Origin: a virus
Lineage: Duplodnaviria; Heunggongvirae; Uroviricota; Caudoviricetes
Reading direction: 5' to 3' (one strand)
DNA length: 64,000 bases
IMG/VR virus record: IMGVR_UViG_3300027985_001053
A program made the position numbers and the translations under genes. This document shows, in pieces, positions 37,626-47,921 of the stretch (its first letter is position 1; each line of letters starts with the position of its first letter). The notes under the pieces are model-generated. The model had not been told where the DNA came from and ran no database searches. It saw only the letters and a list, made by a program, of their open reading frames with translations.

Positions 37626-38854
37626 TCATATCTTCCTAAGTATTCTAAAAGTCCATAGCTATCAGATAGAGAAGGTTCAAAAGAATCACTAGATATCACT
37701 AGAGTAGTTGTAACCATAGGATTTTCTTGTAAGCCAAGATGTCTATGATTAACACTATCTACTATCCAAACTCTTGAGGGAGTTTTAGACTCTGGAGATG
37801 TTTTTCCTGAAATCATAGGTGATAAAGACCCGTCCATCTTATAAGATTTCGATTGTAAAATAATCCTATGACCTACCTCAATATCTGTATTTAGATTGAT
37901 AGTTAGAACAAGTCGTTGCATTGCACAAAGTACTTTTTGAGAGTTAATTTGACTACCTTTTAAAATATATTCTTCAGCAGAATTCTTAGGAGCTTTTATT
38001 TTCTCTCTATTAGTTCCATAAGAAGATTTAAACATAGAGAGATGTCTTCTCGAAGGAGAAGGATTGTTATTTAAACATGTTCTTGAAAAATTAACAGGCT
38101 CCCCTGTTTTTAAATCAATTCTAGTATCAGATTTACTAAAGCTATCTCTTGATTGTTCCATTCTAGGAGTAAGTACCTCCAAGTTTATCACATGATTAAA
38201 TAATGATTTCTGTTTGTGTATGTTCTCAAGGAACAAAGTATGCAAAGGACTTTGTTCTAAAAGCTCTTTTCTATGTTTAATATTCAACTTATTATCAAAT
38301 CCAACCCAAACATAATAAGGAGTATCATTAGATACCCTGGAATATAGTTTGGATTTTAAGTCTTGTTCAATAAAATCTAAAGAAGATTTTCCTGCTTGAT
38401 AAAAAGTTAAAATACCGTCAGAAGGAAGCCCTACATTAGTAGCTGTAAACAAACCTTTAGAAACTTCTTGAATTATGTTACTGACAGCCCCTCGATAGGC
38501 TTTAGAAGAAGGCTCTTGTTTAACAAAAGCTGGATGTACTAAATCTATATCAAAAGTTCCTCTTATCACTCCGGAGCCATCATAGGAATTCATTGTTATC
38601 AATCCTGCAATAGCATCCAAACTAGCCGTATTCTTACAAGGTTCATTTTTAAAAGAACTTTTTACGCTTATTCCCTGAGTAAACTGTAACTTTTCATAAA
38701 CTACTCCGGTAACATCTTTAAAAGAAACACTTCCATAAGGTAATAAGTTATAAATACTGTTACTTATTGACATATTAAAAGATGTGGCACCTTCAGATGA
38801 AAACTGATTAGTTCCTGCCATACTTAGATTTAAATCATACGTTCTATACTTCAC
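37622..38854 (-). CDS. baseplate/tail structural protein
   Basis: 410 aa; overlaps its neighbour by 4 nt. Confidence 0.4.
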   Translation of the reverse strand: MKYRTYDLNLSMAGTNQFSSEGATSFNMSISNSIYNLLPYGSVSFKDVTGVVYEKLQFTQGISVKSSFKNEPCKNTASLDAIAGLITMNSYDGSGVIRGTFDIDLVHPAFVKQEPSSKAYRGAVSNIIQEVSKGLFTATNVGLPSDGILTFYQAGKSSLDFIEQDLKSKLYSRVSNDTPYYVWVGFDNKLNIKHRKELLEQSPLHTLFLENIHKQKSLFNHVINLEVLTPRMEQSRDSFSKSDTRIDLKTGEPVNFSRTCLNNNPSPSRRHLSMFKSSYGTNREKIKAPKNSAEEYILKGSQINSQKVLCAMQRLVLTINLNTDIEVGHRIILQSKSYKMDGSLSPMISGKTSPESKTPSRVWIVDSVNHRHLGLQENPMVTTTLVISSDSFEPSLSDSYGLLEYLGRYE

Positions 38855-38857
38855 AAG

Positions 38858-39169
38858 TTATCCTTTAATCGAGTTTAACTGAAAAAACTCATCCATATCA
38901 GAAGCCTCGTATAATCTTATAACTGTACCTACTTTCACCGCATGAATATCTATAATATTATTTATGAGTAGAATAAACGACTCATAATAGGTTGTACCAT
39001 AAGTATTATATATAAAAATATCAAAACGTCGAATATCCCTAGACGTTAAAGCATACTCACTTATAGTTTTTTTAGGATTAAATGTATTCCGATTAAATGA
39101 GTAAGGGTTAAAATAAGCTAATCCTTCTTTATTTAGTACCTCGGAGGCATCCAACATATTATATAACAT
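38858..39169 (-). CDS. hypothetical structural protein
   Basis: 103 aa ORF. Confidence 0.35.
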   Translation of the reverse strand: MLYNMLDASEVLNKEGLAYFNPYSFNRNTFNPKKTISEYALTSRDIRRFDIFIYNTYGTTYYESFILLINNIIDIHAVKVGTVIRLYEASDMDEFFQLNSIKG

Positions 39170-39177
39170 TTTAACTC

Positions 39178-40014
39178 CTACCTAGTAATCTGTTGTCTAA
39201 TTTCATTGACCTTATTAGGGCCACCTGTAAAAGCTATTTTTGCATTAGAAAAATCATCTATCATTTGTTTTGTACAGGCTGTTGTAGTCTGAATATCTAA
39301 TCTAACTTTAGACCAAATAGGCATACCATACTGATCCGAATCCCCACTAATAATAGGTTCCGCTCTAGTAACAATTACATCATCTAAATACAAGAACTTC
39401 CCTATGGATATCTTATAAGTTTCAAAAGTGGTTTTTTCTCTAATAGACGATGTAACCTCATTTATAGTTTTCAAATCGTATTCCTGCTCCTCTAAATAAG
39501 TTTTTACAGTATTCGCAAAAGTAAAAGATGCTGATGGTCCAGGAGGTAACAACAGACCATCTATTTCATTTGGAACTACTAACTTCATAAGTTCTTTAGT
39601 AGGGTTCATTACTTGTTTCTCTGCGTTAAAGTCCATATAGAGAGCTACCGTGATAGAGAAGGATAAAGGACTGGTATTTTCCCAAATCTGAAGACTTTGA
39701 GAAGCAAACTTTCCTTCTAGAGTCGTACCTGAGAAAGCTGTTCTAATAATATCTTTATTAATACCTGTTAGCTTATTAAGAGCTCCGGAAATAATACCTT
39801 GGGAAGGATTCATTAAAGAAGAGAACGTTGAGCTAACGTTCAAAACTAAATCTTCACCAAGAATAATCACATCCTCTGGAAGAACTAAAGCTGACTTCGA
39901 GATATCTCCGTCAGGTACTTTCCAAAGTTTAACTTGTTTACCTAAAGGTACTTTAGGTCTATTTACTTGAGCATACACACTTGGTGCTGTAGCTATATTT
40001 CGTATAAAATCCAT
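39178..40014 (-). CDS. tail/baseplate protein
   Basis: 278 aa, immediately downstream of the tape measure gene. Confidence 0.4.
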   Translation of the reverse strand: MDFIRNIATAPSVYAQVNRPKVPLGKQVKLWKVPDGDISKSALVLPEDVIILGEDLVLNVSSTFSSLMNPSQGIISGALNKLTGINKDIIRTAFSGTTLEGKFASQSLQIWENTSPLSFSITVALYMDFNAEKQVMNPTKELMKLVVPNEIDGLLLPPGPSASFTFANTVKTYLEEQEYDLKTINEVTSSIREKTTFETYKISIGKFLYLDDVIVTRAEPIISGDSDQYGMPIWSKVRLDIQTTTACTKQMIDDFSNAKIAFTGGPNKVNEIRQQITR

Positions 40015-40035
40015 TTAAAATCTCCTTACCTAGAG

Positions 40036-42810
40036 TTATTGAGGAATATGAGCATTCCGAACAGCCTCTGAATAGTTTGCTCCTTGAAAGTTGTTGATAG
40101 TCTGAATTACATTAACATCCTTAGCTGATTGCGAATCATCTCTTCCGGGAAGGGTCCCTGAGCTTTTAGAATCCATTACCTTTTTAGCATAATCAGCCAA
40201 CTTTCTCGATGTATCATAATCATCAGGATTCGCATATTGTATAGCAGTATTAAAACTCTCTCTATTTACATTTGCATATCTTCCTTGGAAAATGGCATAA
40301 GCCTGATCTGCAAGATTCCAAAAAGCAGTGTTGTTAAGATCTTGTAGCTGTGAAGAAAGCATAGTCTGCTCACGAATAACGGGGTCAGGTGTTTTCTTAC
40401 TGTTCGGGATAAACATATCTATCACAGCTTTTGTTTTTTCTCTGAAAGATAGGTTCTCATCTAAAGACCCAACCTTCTCAGAATACTCATCCCACGTTAA
40501 CTCTGGAAGATTTTTATTACGGTCTGATTGTCGTCTATACTCCAAAAAGCTTTCCATATTTGAAGCTATGTTAGAGTCCTCACTATCAAAGGCTTGTAAG
40601 AATCGGGCCTTTTCATCCTTATCCACTATATCTAAGCTTGAAGCTAATGTTTGACCCATAAAACCTTTATTGAACTCTTTAAAAGAATTCATTGTTGTTT
40701 CAAAAAAAGTTTTTATAGTATCTAATGTAAAATTACCTGTGGAGATATCATCAATTACATCAATAAGAGGTCCGAACAATTTATCTAAAACAGTTCTTGT
40801 AGCACGATTTATAGAACCAATTAAATTTCCAAATAAAGCTCCTATTTTATAATCAATAGATTCTTCCGATTTTAAGATGTCTCCAAAATCTAAAGTCTCT
40901 ACGAAAGCAACTCCTCCAGCAGTCACGGATTCAAATACGGTTTTAATAATGGAGTACCCTGCATCTCCTAAAATAGCGAAAAGACTAGTATCACCTTCCC
41001 CTGATGTCATTTGGCCCCAAACTGTACTCAAGCCCTCTTGCAAATTATCGAAAGATTTAGCAAAGTACTCACCTCCGAAGTATCCTACAACCGACCCGAA
41101 AGCAGCTCCTATAAGAGCACCTGCTATAGTACCTACTCCTGGAGCAATTTTAGACCCAAGCCCTGCTCCGGTCAAAGCCCATTTAACAGCTTGACTAGAC
41201 GATCCTTCAGAAGACCCGAACTCTCCTGTACCGGCTAAAGCACCTCCTACAGCAGCACTTATAGAGGAGGTACCCCATTCACCACTTTTGAAGAAACCCA
41301 TAACGCCATCATAGACTGTCCAAATAACCCCTGCAACAAGAGTTTTAGCACTTACCTTCTTAAGCAATCCTGTAACCGCACCTGTTTTACCAAGAAGACC
41401 TTGTTTACCAAGAAGACTTTTTAGCACTCCAGCACCTACAAGACCTGATAACACGCTTCCTTTAGAATCAGGAGATTTCTTACCTTCTGAAGATTTAATA
41501 CCGTTATTAAACAAGTCATATAACATGGTAAATCCAGCACCTATTAGACCCATACCTGAAACAGTATCTCTACTAGGAGTCACTCTTCCATTGTATAAGA
41601 CATCTATTGAGGTTTGCAGAGGAATATCATCTGTTAAGCCCCCTATTCTAGGAGCAGTAGCAATATCAACATCAAGATCTTTCATGAAGTTCCCTAGATA
41701 AGAGCTATCAAACAAAGTCTTATCAGGAGTATAAAAATCCCCTGTATCAAAAAAATCATTCATCTTAGGTATAGAAGGGTCTTCATAAAGCTTTTTTCTA
41801 ATAAGAGTAACTTCATCAAGAAGACTATTAGACACTGATGAGCTATCTTCTTCTGTAGGGAAGATAAGGTCATCTGGCTGTTTAAGATTAGCAACGTAAT
41901 CCTCTGGAAAATTAGCTCGTAGTACCTCCTCTTTGATATAATCGAAAAGAGAATCTGTAGAAGTAACAGTCATTTCTAATTCTTCTTCAACAATAGGAGG
42001 AAGATCTTTTAATTTTCGAGATTTTGTAGGATTCTTCAAGATATCTATTAAATCACGTAAAGGAACTGTAACAGAGTTAAAGATATCTTGAAGCTCTTTA
42101 GATGGAAACTCTCCCGAAGACTTTAACTGGCGTGTAAGATCTTTCGTTACACTTTTTAGCATATTTACTAGAGACCCTGTATCATCATCTTTTCGATAAG
42201 ATGAAATTAAAAGTTCAGAGTTTAGGTTGTCTAAAGAGGCTATAATTTTATTAAAACTTGGGTCTTTAGAAAGGTTAAGATTCCAAAGACTTGGAATCTC
42301 TGCATTTATAAAATCAAAAGCTTCAGAAGCCGAAGATGCTAAATTTTGTATAGCATCTACAGATTGACTTAAATGCTCTTTAACTTCATATTTCTTGTAT
42401 ACAGGGTCTTCTACAACACCATTAATCTTTTGAAGTTCTTTAAGAATATTATCCAGATAGATAAGGGATTCAACATTATCCTTAGCAAGCTGTTCAGAGG
42501 AAGCTTCTAACATATCCTTTGTACTTGACAATATGGCTTTATTGCTTTCCAGAACATCTTGAACGGCACTGATATTAGAAGCAACCAAATCCTGATATTC
42601 TATACTCTCTACTATATTTTTGTTAATAGTATTAGTAGTTAAACCTACGGAAGCTACTTTTAAATTAAGGGTTTGGAGGGTTTTAATAATACGTTCATCA
42701 TCTCTTTTTAAAGACTTTCTAAAAAGATCAAGGACTTCCTTTGGAAAAGCCCCTGATGGTTGTTTATCTGGTGTATTTATTAAGGGCTTTCCCTTGGATT
42801 CATCACTCAT
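40036..42810 (-). CDS. tail tape measure protein
   Basis: 924 aa; Gly-rich hydrophobic segments (GLIGAGFTMLYDLF, GLVGAGVLKSLLGKQGLLGKTGAVTGLL); between chaperone-like and baseplate genes. Confidence 0.6.
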   Translation of the reverse strand: MSDESKGKPLINTPDKQPSGAFPKEVLDLFRKSLKRDDERIIKTLQTLNLKVASVGLTTNTINKNIVESIEYQDLVASNISAVQDVLESNKAILSSTKDMLEASSEQLAKDNVESLIYLDNILKELQKINGVVEDPVYKKYEVKEHLSQSVDAIQNLASSASEAFDFINAEIPSLWNLNLSKDPSFNKIIASLDNLNSELLISSYRKDDDTGSLVNMLKSVTKDLTRQLKSSGEFPSKELQDIFNSVTVPLRDLIDILKNPTKSRKLKDLPPIVEEELEMTVTSTDSLFDYIKEEVLRANFPEDYVANLKQPDDLIFPTEEDSSSVSNSLLDEVTLIRKKLYEDPSIPKMNDFFDTGDFYTPDKTLFDSSYLGNFMKDLDVDIATAPRIGGLTDDIPLQTSIDVLYNGRVTPSRDTVSGMGLIGAGFTMLYDLFNNGIKSSEGKKSPDSKGSVLSGLVGAGVLKSLLGKQGLLGKTGAVTGLLKKVSAKTLVAGVIWTVYDGVMGFFKSGEWGTSSISAAVGGALAGTGEFGSSEGSSSQAVKWALTGAGLGSKIAPGVGTIAGALIGAAFGSVVGYFGGEYFAKSFDNLQEGLSTVWGQMTSGEGDTSLFAILGDAGYSIIKTVFESVTAGGVAFVETLDFGDILKSEESIDYKIGALFGNLIGSINRATRTVLDKLFGPLIDVIDDISTGNFTLDTIKTFFETTMNSFKEFNKGFMGQTLASSLDIVDKDEKARFLQAFDSEDSNIASNMESFLEYRRQSDRNKNLPELTWDEYSEKVGSLDENLSFREKTKAVIDMFIPNSKKTPDPVIREQTMLSSQLQDLNNTAFWNLADQAYAIFQGRYANVNRESFNTAIQYANPDDYDTSRKLADYAKKVMDSKSSGTLPGRDDSQSAKDVNVIQTINNFQGANYSEAVRNAHIPQ

Positions 42811-42829
42811 ACTAATATAGTTATTATCC

Positions 42830-43078
42830 TTATTTAACTAAAGGACATTTGTGTGAGTTTTTCAATTGCTCTAACTCATAGTTTAGACCATCTTTAAAAT
42901 ACTGCTGTGCTTTGTAAAATTGAAGGTTGTCAATCTCCTCGTCCGACCAATGATACAGCCTAGCTAAATTCGAACGATAGTCCCTTAAGGTCTTTGGAAG
43001 TAGTTGCCTTCGGGATAAGATAAGAGTCTCGAAAAGATATCCCCCTTTCAACTTTTTTTCCAAATAGAACTTCACCAT
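42830..43078 (-). CDS. ORF overlapping the 3' end of the upstream gene in another frame (possible frameshift extension)
   Basis: 119-nt overlap with 42960..43970 that contains GGAAAAAAAG. Confidence 0.3.
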   Translation of the reverse strand: MVKFYLEKKLKGGYLFETLILSRRQLLPKTLRDYRSNLARLYHWSDEEIDNLQFYKAQQYFKDGLNYELEQLKNSHKCPLVK

Positions 43079-43970
43079 CTTTGTAAAGTTCTACAAGTGC
43101 TGTTGAAGGCAATCCAAACTCAATTTTATCAAGATGCTCAGTCACTAAAGACCAAATCCTGAAAGGAACTTCTACAGCTAGTTTTGCTTCAATATCTTCA
43201 TCTTCAAAAGTTTGCTTAGACTCTCCTTGCTGAATACATACAAGCTGACAATTCCTTAACATCTCTAACCGAGCTAGTTCACGTTCTCTGTAATAGGACT
43301 CATAGGCTTCATACTCTAGAGGGTCTATATTATCCAAAAGCTTTGTTGTATCCGCTTGATAATTTTTAGCTATCATTTTAAGCTTTGAAAAACGTTGCTC
43401 TTGTTCTTCATAAATGCTGTCCAGATACTTATCTACAACTAATACATCTTTAACTTTAGATAGTCTAAAAGAATATTTTAAAGGGACATCATCATCTGTA
43501 GAAATTGTAAAAATACCATTCTTTATAGATTTAGGTAATCGAGTTATCTTCAAAGAGTCAATATCGACATCAACATCTAATAAGTTTTCAGATAAGTAAA
43601 GCTTATCTTGCGGTAACTCAGGATCAATAAATACTTTAACATCTCTTATGACTGGACCGTAAAACGCCCGTAACAACATTAACCTTGTATAAGTTAATTC
43701 TACAGGATGCATATTAGAACAATCAAAATCTTCGTATACTAAATCATTAAGTATACTAACAACTGTTTGAAACTTATCTTTTTTTGAAGATAGGTTACTG
43801 ATATCTTTAATCCTGTAATCTTTAAAATGTAAAAATTTAGGGGTGAACAACCTACCCTCACTTGGATACGTTATCTTAACATATCCAGGAGGTACTAAGG
43901 TTTTTGTATCGGATAAAGCAATCGCTTCTTGTAGCTTATCTTTATTTATAGATCTTATGGATTCTGACAT
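42960..43970 (-). CDS. tail assembly chaperone candidate
   Basis: lies between tube-like genes and the tape measure gene. Confidence 0.35.
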   Translation of the reverse strand: MSESIRSINKDKLQEAIALSDTKTLVPPGYVKITYPSEGRLFTPKFLHFKDYRIKDISNLSSKKDKFQTVVSILNDLVYEDFDCSNMHPVELTYTRLMLLRAFYGPVIRDVKVFIDPELPQDKLYLSENLLDVDVDIDSLKITRLPKSIKNGIFTISTDDDVPLKYSFRLSKVKDVLVVDKYLDSIYEEQEQRFSKLKMIAKNYQADTTKLLDNIDPLEYEAYESYYRERELARLEMLRNCQLVCIQQGESKQTFEDEDIEAKLAVEVPFRIWSLVTEHLDKIEFGLPSTALVELYKDGEVLFGKKVERGISFRDSYLIPKATTSKDLKGLSFEFS

Positions 43971-43993
43971 TAAAAATCTCCTTAAAGAGATAG

Positions 43994-44746
43994 TTAACTT
44001 ATTGTATTTATTAAACTAGCTATGGTTCCATAACTGGCAAAAGCAGCCGAAAACGTAGGGTTTAGTGATAATCCTACAGGTAGAATACTCTCTACTGCAA
44101 AAGTTAAAGTATACATTAGACAGTCTTCCCCATCGTAAACTACAGTTATAGGTTCAACACCTAAGTATTTAAGATTCGACATTTTGAGAGTAAGCCCTGT
44201 AACACCTAAAAGAGGAATTGGTTTACCGAATGTTAAAATTCCTTGACGGTAGATATGAGATGAATCATCATGAGATTTGAAAACATTGTTAATAGGATCA
44301 AATACCTGAAACATCCATTCATTAAAGTATCCTAAAGTTCTGAAGAAAATATCCTCTTCGATAACAACATTAACGAGCTCAGGATGATTAAAACCTATAA
44401 AAGGATTTGTGCCCCATCTCGTTTTTTGAGTTTCTAAAGTCAATTGAGGAAACGATACACTTCTAACACGATATTTTAAATCAGGAAGCTCCGAATTACC
44501 TGTATCCATACCAATAGCATTTAACCCGATGTTTTTAGCACTGTTGAAAAGATTATCAGCCAGATTACGAACTTCGCTATTATTACCGGAGATTAAACTT
44601 TTTCTCTCAATTGTAAATTCCCAATCAGTTTCCTTTTGACGAGGAGCTGCCAAAATAGCAGCCCCATCAATAAGGTTAGAAACAGAGTTTACAGCGTTAG
44701 AAATCGAAGACCCTAGGGTACTAAGGTCTTTTAAAAAATCGGACAA
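43994..44746 (-). CDS. tail structural protein
   Basis: 250 aa ORF. Confidence 0.35.
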   Translation of the reverse strand: MSDFLKDLSTLGSSISNAVNSVSNLIDGAAILAAPRQKETDWEFTIERKSLISGNNSEVRNLADNLFNSAKNIGLNAIGMDTGNSELPDLKYRVRSVSFPQLTLETQKTRWGTNPFIGFNHPELVNVVIEEDIFFRTLGYFNEWMFQVFDPINNVFKSHDDSSHIYRQGILTFGKPIPLLGVTGLTLKMSNLKYLGVEPITVVYDGEDCLMYTLTFAVESILPVGLSLNPTFSAAFASYGTIASLINTIS

Positions 44747-44748
44747 AT

Positions 44749-45282
44749 CTAAACAGTCGCTCCAGGCTCAAGACATTTTAAGAAAGTTCCTGTAACTTGA
44801 ACAGTTAAAGGCTCCCCTGAAGTCTGATCAAACGTTAAACCTGCTACATTTGTTGGATACCAGCCCTTTAATGCCCAAACACCATCAGCTATAGTATTTG
44901 TATCATTCTCATCAATAGGGTTAACACTAGCATCTACTCTGAAACCATCTTTACTGTCTGGATTTCTTTTAGAATTTTCGGCCCACTCTCTTAGAGCTAA
45001 ATAAAAAGTATAATTCTTCGCTACTCGTAAAGTAAAAGAATTAGTTTTAGGGTCTCCATTTAAACCACTAGGAGTAACTACTCTCTCCCCTTTGTACCAT
45101 TTATCATAAGTATTTACGATAACTTCTGGTAAACTAAAATTAGTTATTCTATACTTTATCGAATCCGTAATACCTGTTGGAACTTTAGTCACTGCACCTA
45201 TGGTGAACGAGATCTCGAACATATTAGCCAGGGCATCATTACCTTGTTCATAAAATGTATCTATAGGATTAGTTAATAACAT
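44749..45282 (-). CDS. tail tube protein (tentative)
   Basis: 177 aa, directly downstream of the sheath-like gene. Confidence 0.4.
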   Translation of the reverse strand: MLLTNPIDTFYEQGNDALANMFEISFTIGAVTKVPTGITDSIKYRITNFSLPEVIVNTYDKWYKGERVVTPSGLNGDPKTNSFTLRVAKNYTFYLALREWAENSKRNPDSKDGFRVDASVNPIDENDTNTIADGVWALKGWYPTNVAGLTFDQTSGEPLTVQVTGTFLKCLEPGATV

Positions 45283-45285
45283 CTG

Positions 45286-47142
45286 TTACCCTCCTATATA
45301 ATCAGTTACAGATGTTAACTGATCTACGTTTATTACATTTAAACGTATTCTTTGCGAATTAGGTGTAATTTGAATTACAACATCTACTACAAACTCATTA
45401 GCATTTCTAACTAATGCAGTATTATTAGATTCATCACATACGATAAGTGCATCATCTAAACCAGAGTTAATCATAGGAGCTAATAAAGTAACACCTTGAT
45501 TATATATTTTTAATCTGTGAGTTGCATCGTTTGGTTTATTAATCTGAGGAGGAAGAATTCTAGAAACCATTTGGTCTGTAATAAGATTTCTAATTCTTCG
45601 TCTACCTACATAAGAATAATCACCATTATCCGCAGCCCTAGTTCTATCACCTTGAATCATCAATCCATACAACAAATCTTCCCCAACATAATTGATATGT
45701 GCAGAATCTAATTGTAAAGCTACTGCTGCTCTATCTGTGAATAAAGCCTCGATAACTCCGGAGCCTATCTGACCCCCATGGTTATTTTCGTCAGTAAACG
45801 AAGGCGAACCACTATCAAAAATATCTACCATCTGAGCGTATTTCACCGCTATTCTACCTGTAAGATTTCTAACAATATTTCCTGTACCATAGGTGTTTGC
45901 CATAATATGCCAAGAGTCGTAACAAGCCATATCTGGATTAGAAATACCTTTAGCAGCCGTAGCAGGATCAGCTAAAATATCTTCTGCTGACAGTTTCTCT
46001 ACAGCATAGATTCCTGACTTATTTAATTGAGCTGTTGACAATATATCAGAAATCATTCCAGGAGTAGCTGTTTCAGAAGATGGGTCAAAAAAGATATCCG
46101 CTTTGTATCGAGCTTTATTCTTAAAATAATTCCAACCTACTGCATAAGAACCACCTGCCTCGGAAGTTGCTGGTAAAGCTGCTCCTCTAGAACTTCCTGT
46201 TAAAGCTTGAGCTACTAGAGTAGGAGCTACATAAGAAGTAATATCACCAAGAGTAAATATTCTAATAAAAGGGTCTGTATCCCCTACAACATTTTGATAG
46301 TAATTAGATCTACCATAGTCATCTAAAGAATTTTCATCTAAAGAGAATAGGTATCTCTTTTTAAAAGTTGTTACCCCTGCAACAGTTTCATAAGCACTTA
46401 TAGAAATCAAACCATTACTATCTGTAATATCTAAAGATACTGGAATATTAGTTGGAGTCGATGTAACAACAACAAGAGTTCCTTCTGCTGTTAAATCTGT
46501 AGCTTTATCTAAAGATACCCCAATCTTATCTATTAAACTAAATCCTGTAGTATTTGTTAAAGTAACAACTAAAACACCGGTAGCTAACGTCAATTCTGCT
46601 GAGGTGAATAAATCCCACTGAGCAGGAGTTGATAAAACGTATGTTTCTACACCAGCATTTGATACCACATCAAATACCAATTTAGTACCATCTTTTAGAT
46701 AAACAAAAAGAGATTCTGGAGTAAGTCCAGCTAATGGCACAGAATAAGTACCTTCAAGACCAGCAACAACTTCTGTTGACTTATAGTCAGTTGCTACATC
46801 TGTTAGAATGTTTGTAGCTAAATCAGAAGGAGTTAACCCCATAGGATATGCTATAGGAGCCGCTACTTTAGGTATAGCTATAGCACCATGTCTACCATCT
46901 TTTGACGGAGCAGAAACCCATAAATTACCAACCGTATTGAAGTCATAAGCTTCAGCTACATTAGGGTAAGCTACAGAAGGTGCACCTAAATAGTTTTTTA
47001 AAGTTGCACTGTTATTTGCTCCGAAGAAAAGAGGCTTCTCGAAACCTTTTTGAGAATGAACTACTGTAGCCCCTATCTCTGTGATGGTTGTTGTTCCAGA
47101 TCCACCTACGGACCTATTGGAAGTTATAATTCGATCACTCAT
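45286..47142 (-). CDS. tail sheath protein (tentative)
   Basis: 618 aa, Gly/Thr/Ser-rich; placed ahead of the tube and tape measure genes. Confidence 0.45.
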   Translation of the reverse strand: MSDRIITSNRSVGGSGTTTITEIGATVVHSQKGFEKPLFFGANNSATLKNYLGAPSVAYPNVAEAYDFNTVGNLWVSAPSKDGRHGAIAIPKVAAPIAYPMGLTPSDLATNILTDVATDYKSTEVVAGLEGTYSVPLAGLTPESLFVYLKDGTKLVFDVVSNAGVETYVLSTPAQWDLFTSAELTLATGVLVVTLTNTTGFSLIDKIGVSLDKATDLTAEGTLVVVTSTPTNIPVSLDITDSNGLISISAYETVAGVTTFKKRYLFSLDENSLDDYGRSNYYQNVVGDTDPFIRIFTLGDITSYVAPTLVAQALTGSSRGAALPATSEAGGSYAVGWNYFKNKARYKADIFFDPSSETATPGMISDILSTAQLNKSGIYAVEKLSAEDILADPATAAKGISNPDMACYDSWHIMANTYGTGNIVRNLTGRIAVKYAQMVDIFDSGSPSFTDENNHGGQIGSGVIEALFTDRAAVALQLDSAHINYVGEDLLYGLMIQGDRTRAADNGDYSYVGRRRIRNLITDQMVSRILPPQINKPNDATHRLKIYNQGVTLLAPMINSGLDDALIVCDESNNTALVRNANEFVVDVVIQITPNSQRIRLNVINVDQLTSVTDYIGG

Positions 47143-47186
47143 TTATTTCTCCGTATTAAATTTTTAAATTATATTCTTATAGTTAT

Positions 47187-47921
47187 TTACAAAGGTGTAA
47201 CTACGGGAGCTTCATCTTGTAAAATAATTTCGTATATATCAGATGTTTCCATATCTACAGTACTAATATTTCTTGTAGCAGCTAAACGTAATATAGCTTT
47301 TTCTGTAATACTTAACTCCATGTGTGTATCTGCATCTAGGAATAAAAATGTATCAAACTTAAAATCGAGTTGAATATTACGAATCTTATTAACCTGGAAG
47401 TAGTCATTATCGGCATAAAGATTATCAAACTGAGGATTGTATTCGAGTACAGCGATATTTGCTAATTGAAATTCAGAATCTTCTAAAGGTATAGCATACT
47501 TTAATCTTGTTTCGTAAGCATTATCTTGTAGAATTCGTCCCATACCTACAAAAGCATCTTCCATTCTTTGACCATAGAAAACATTCGCATCATATGATAC
47601 AGTAATAGGTAACGCTCTAACTTTTATACCTAATTCCGGTATAAAAACACCCCCTACAGTCATACTTTTATTATACCATGTTGGATAAGATTCTTGAGGG
47701 AGCATATTTGTTCTATAAATGTTCATGAAAGGAAGATTAAGCTCCCCATCAAACTTCTTTGCACGTTCTCGAAAACATCTTTCTGTTGACGAATAAGTAA
47801 TTCTAGAAAAGTCCCCTTTAAAAAGAAGATCTGCATAATGCTCAACTATAGCAGCATCCAAATTAAGCATCGTATTAATAATACTGAGATTTTCTGAGGT
47901 AGCACTATAGTATGTTTTCAA
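47187..47921 (-). CDS. structural protein
   Basis: 244 aa ORF. Confidence 0.35.
   Translation of the reverse strand: MKTYYSATSENLSIINTMLNLDAAIVEHYADLLFKGDFSRITYSSTERCFRERAKKFDGELNLPFMNIYRTNMLPQESYPTWYNKSMTVGGVFIPELGIKVRALPITVSYDANVFYGQRMEDAFVGMGRILQDNAYETRLKYAIPLEDSEFQLANIAVLEYNPQFDNLYADNDYFQVNKIRNIQLDFKFDTFLFLDADTHMELSITEKAILRLAATRNISTVDMETSDIYEIILQDEAPVVTPL

Noticed and set aside
40328-41238. Plus-strand ORFs inside the tape measure gene (40328, 40670, 40877, 41011); similar cases at 45517, 45778, 56186, 56906, 57533, 58194, 32058, 32340 and 13895
   Set aside because: Shadow ORFs antisense to long, well-supported minus-strand genes
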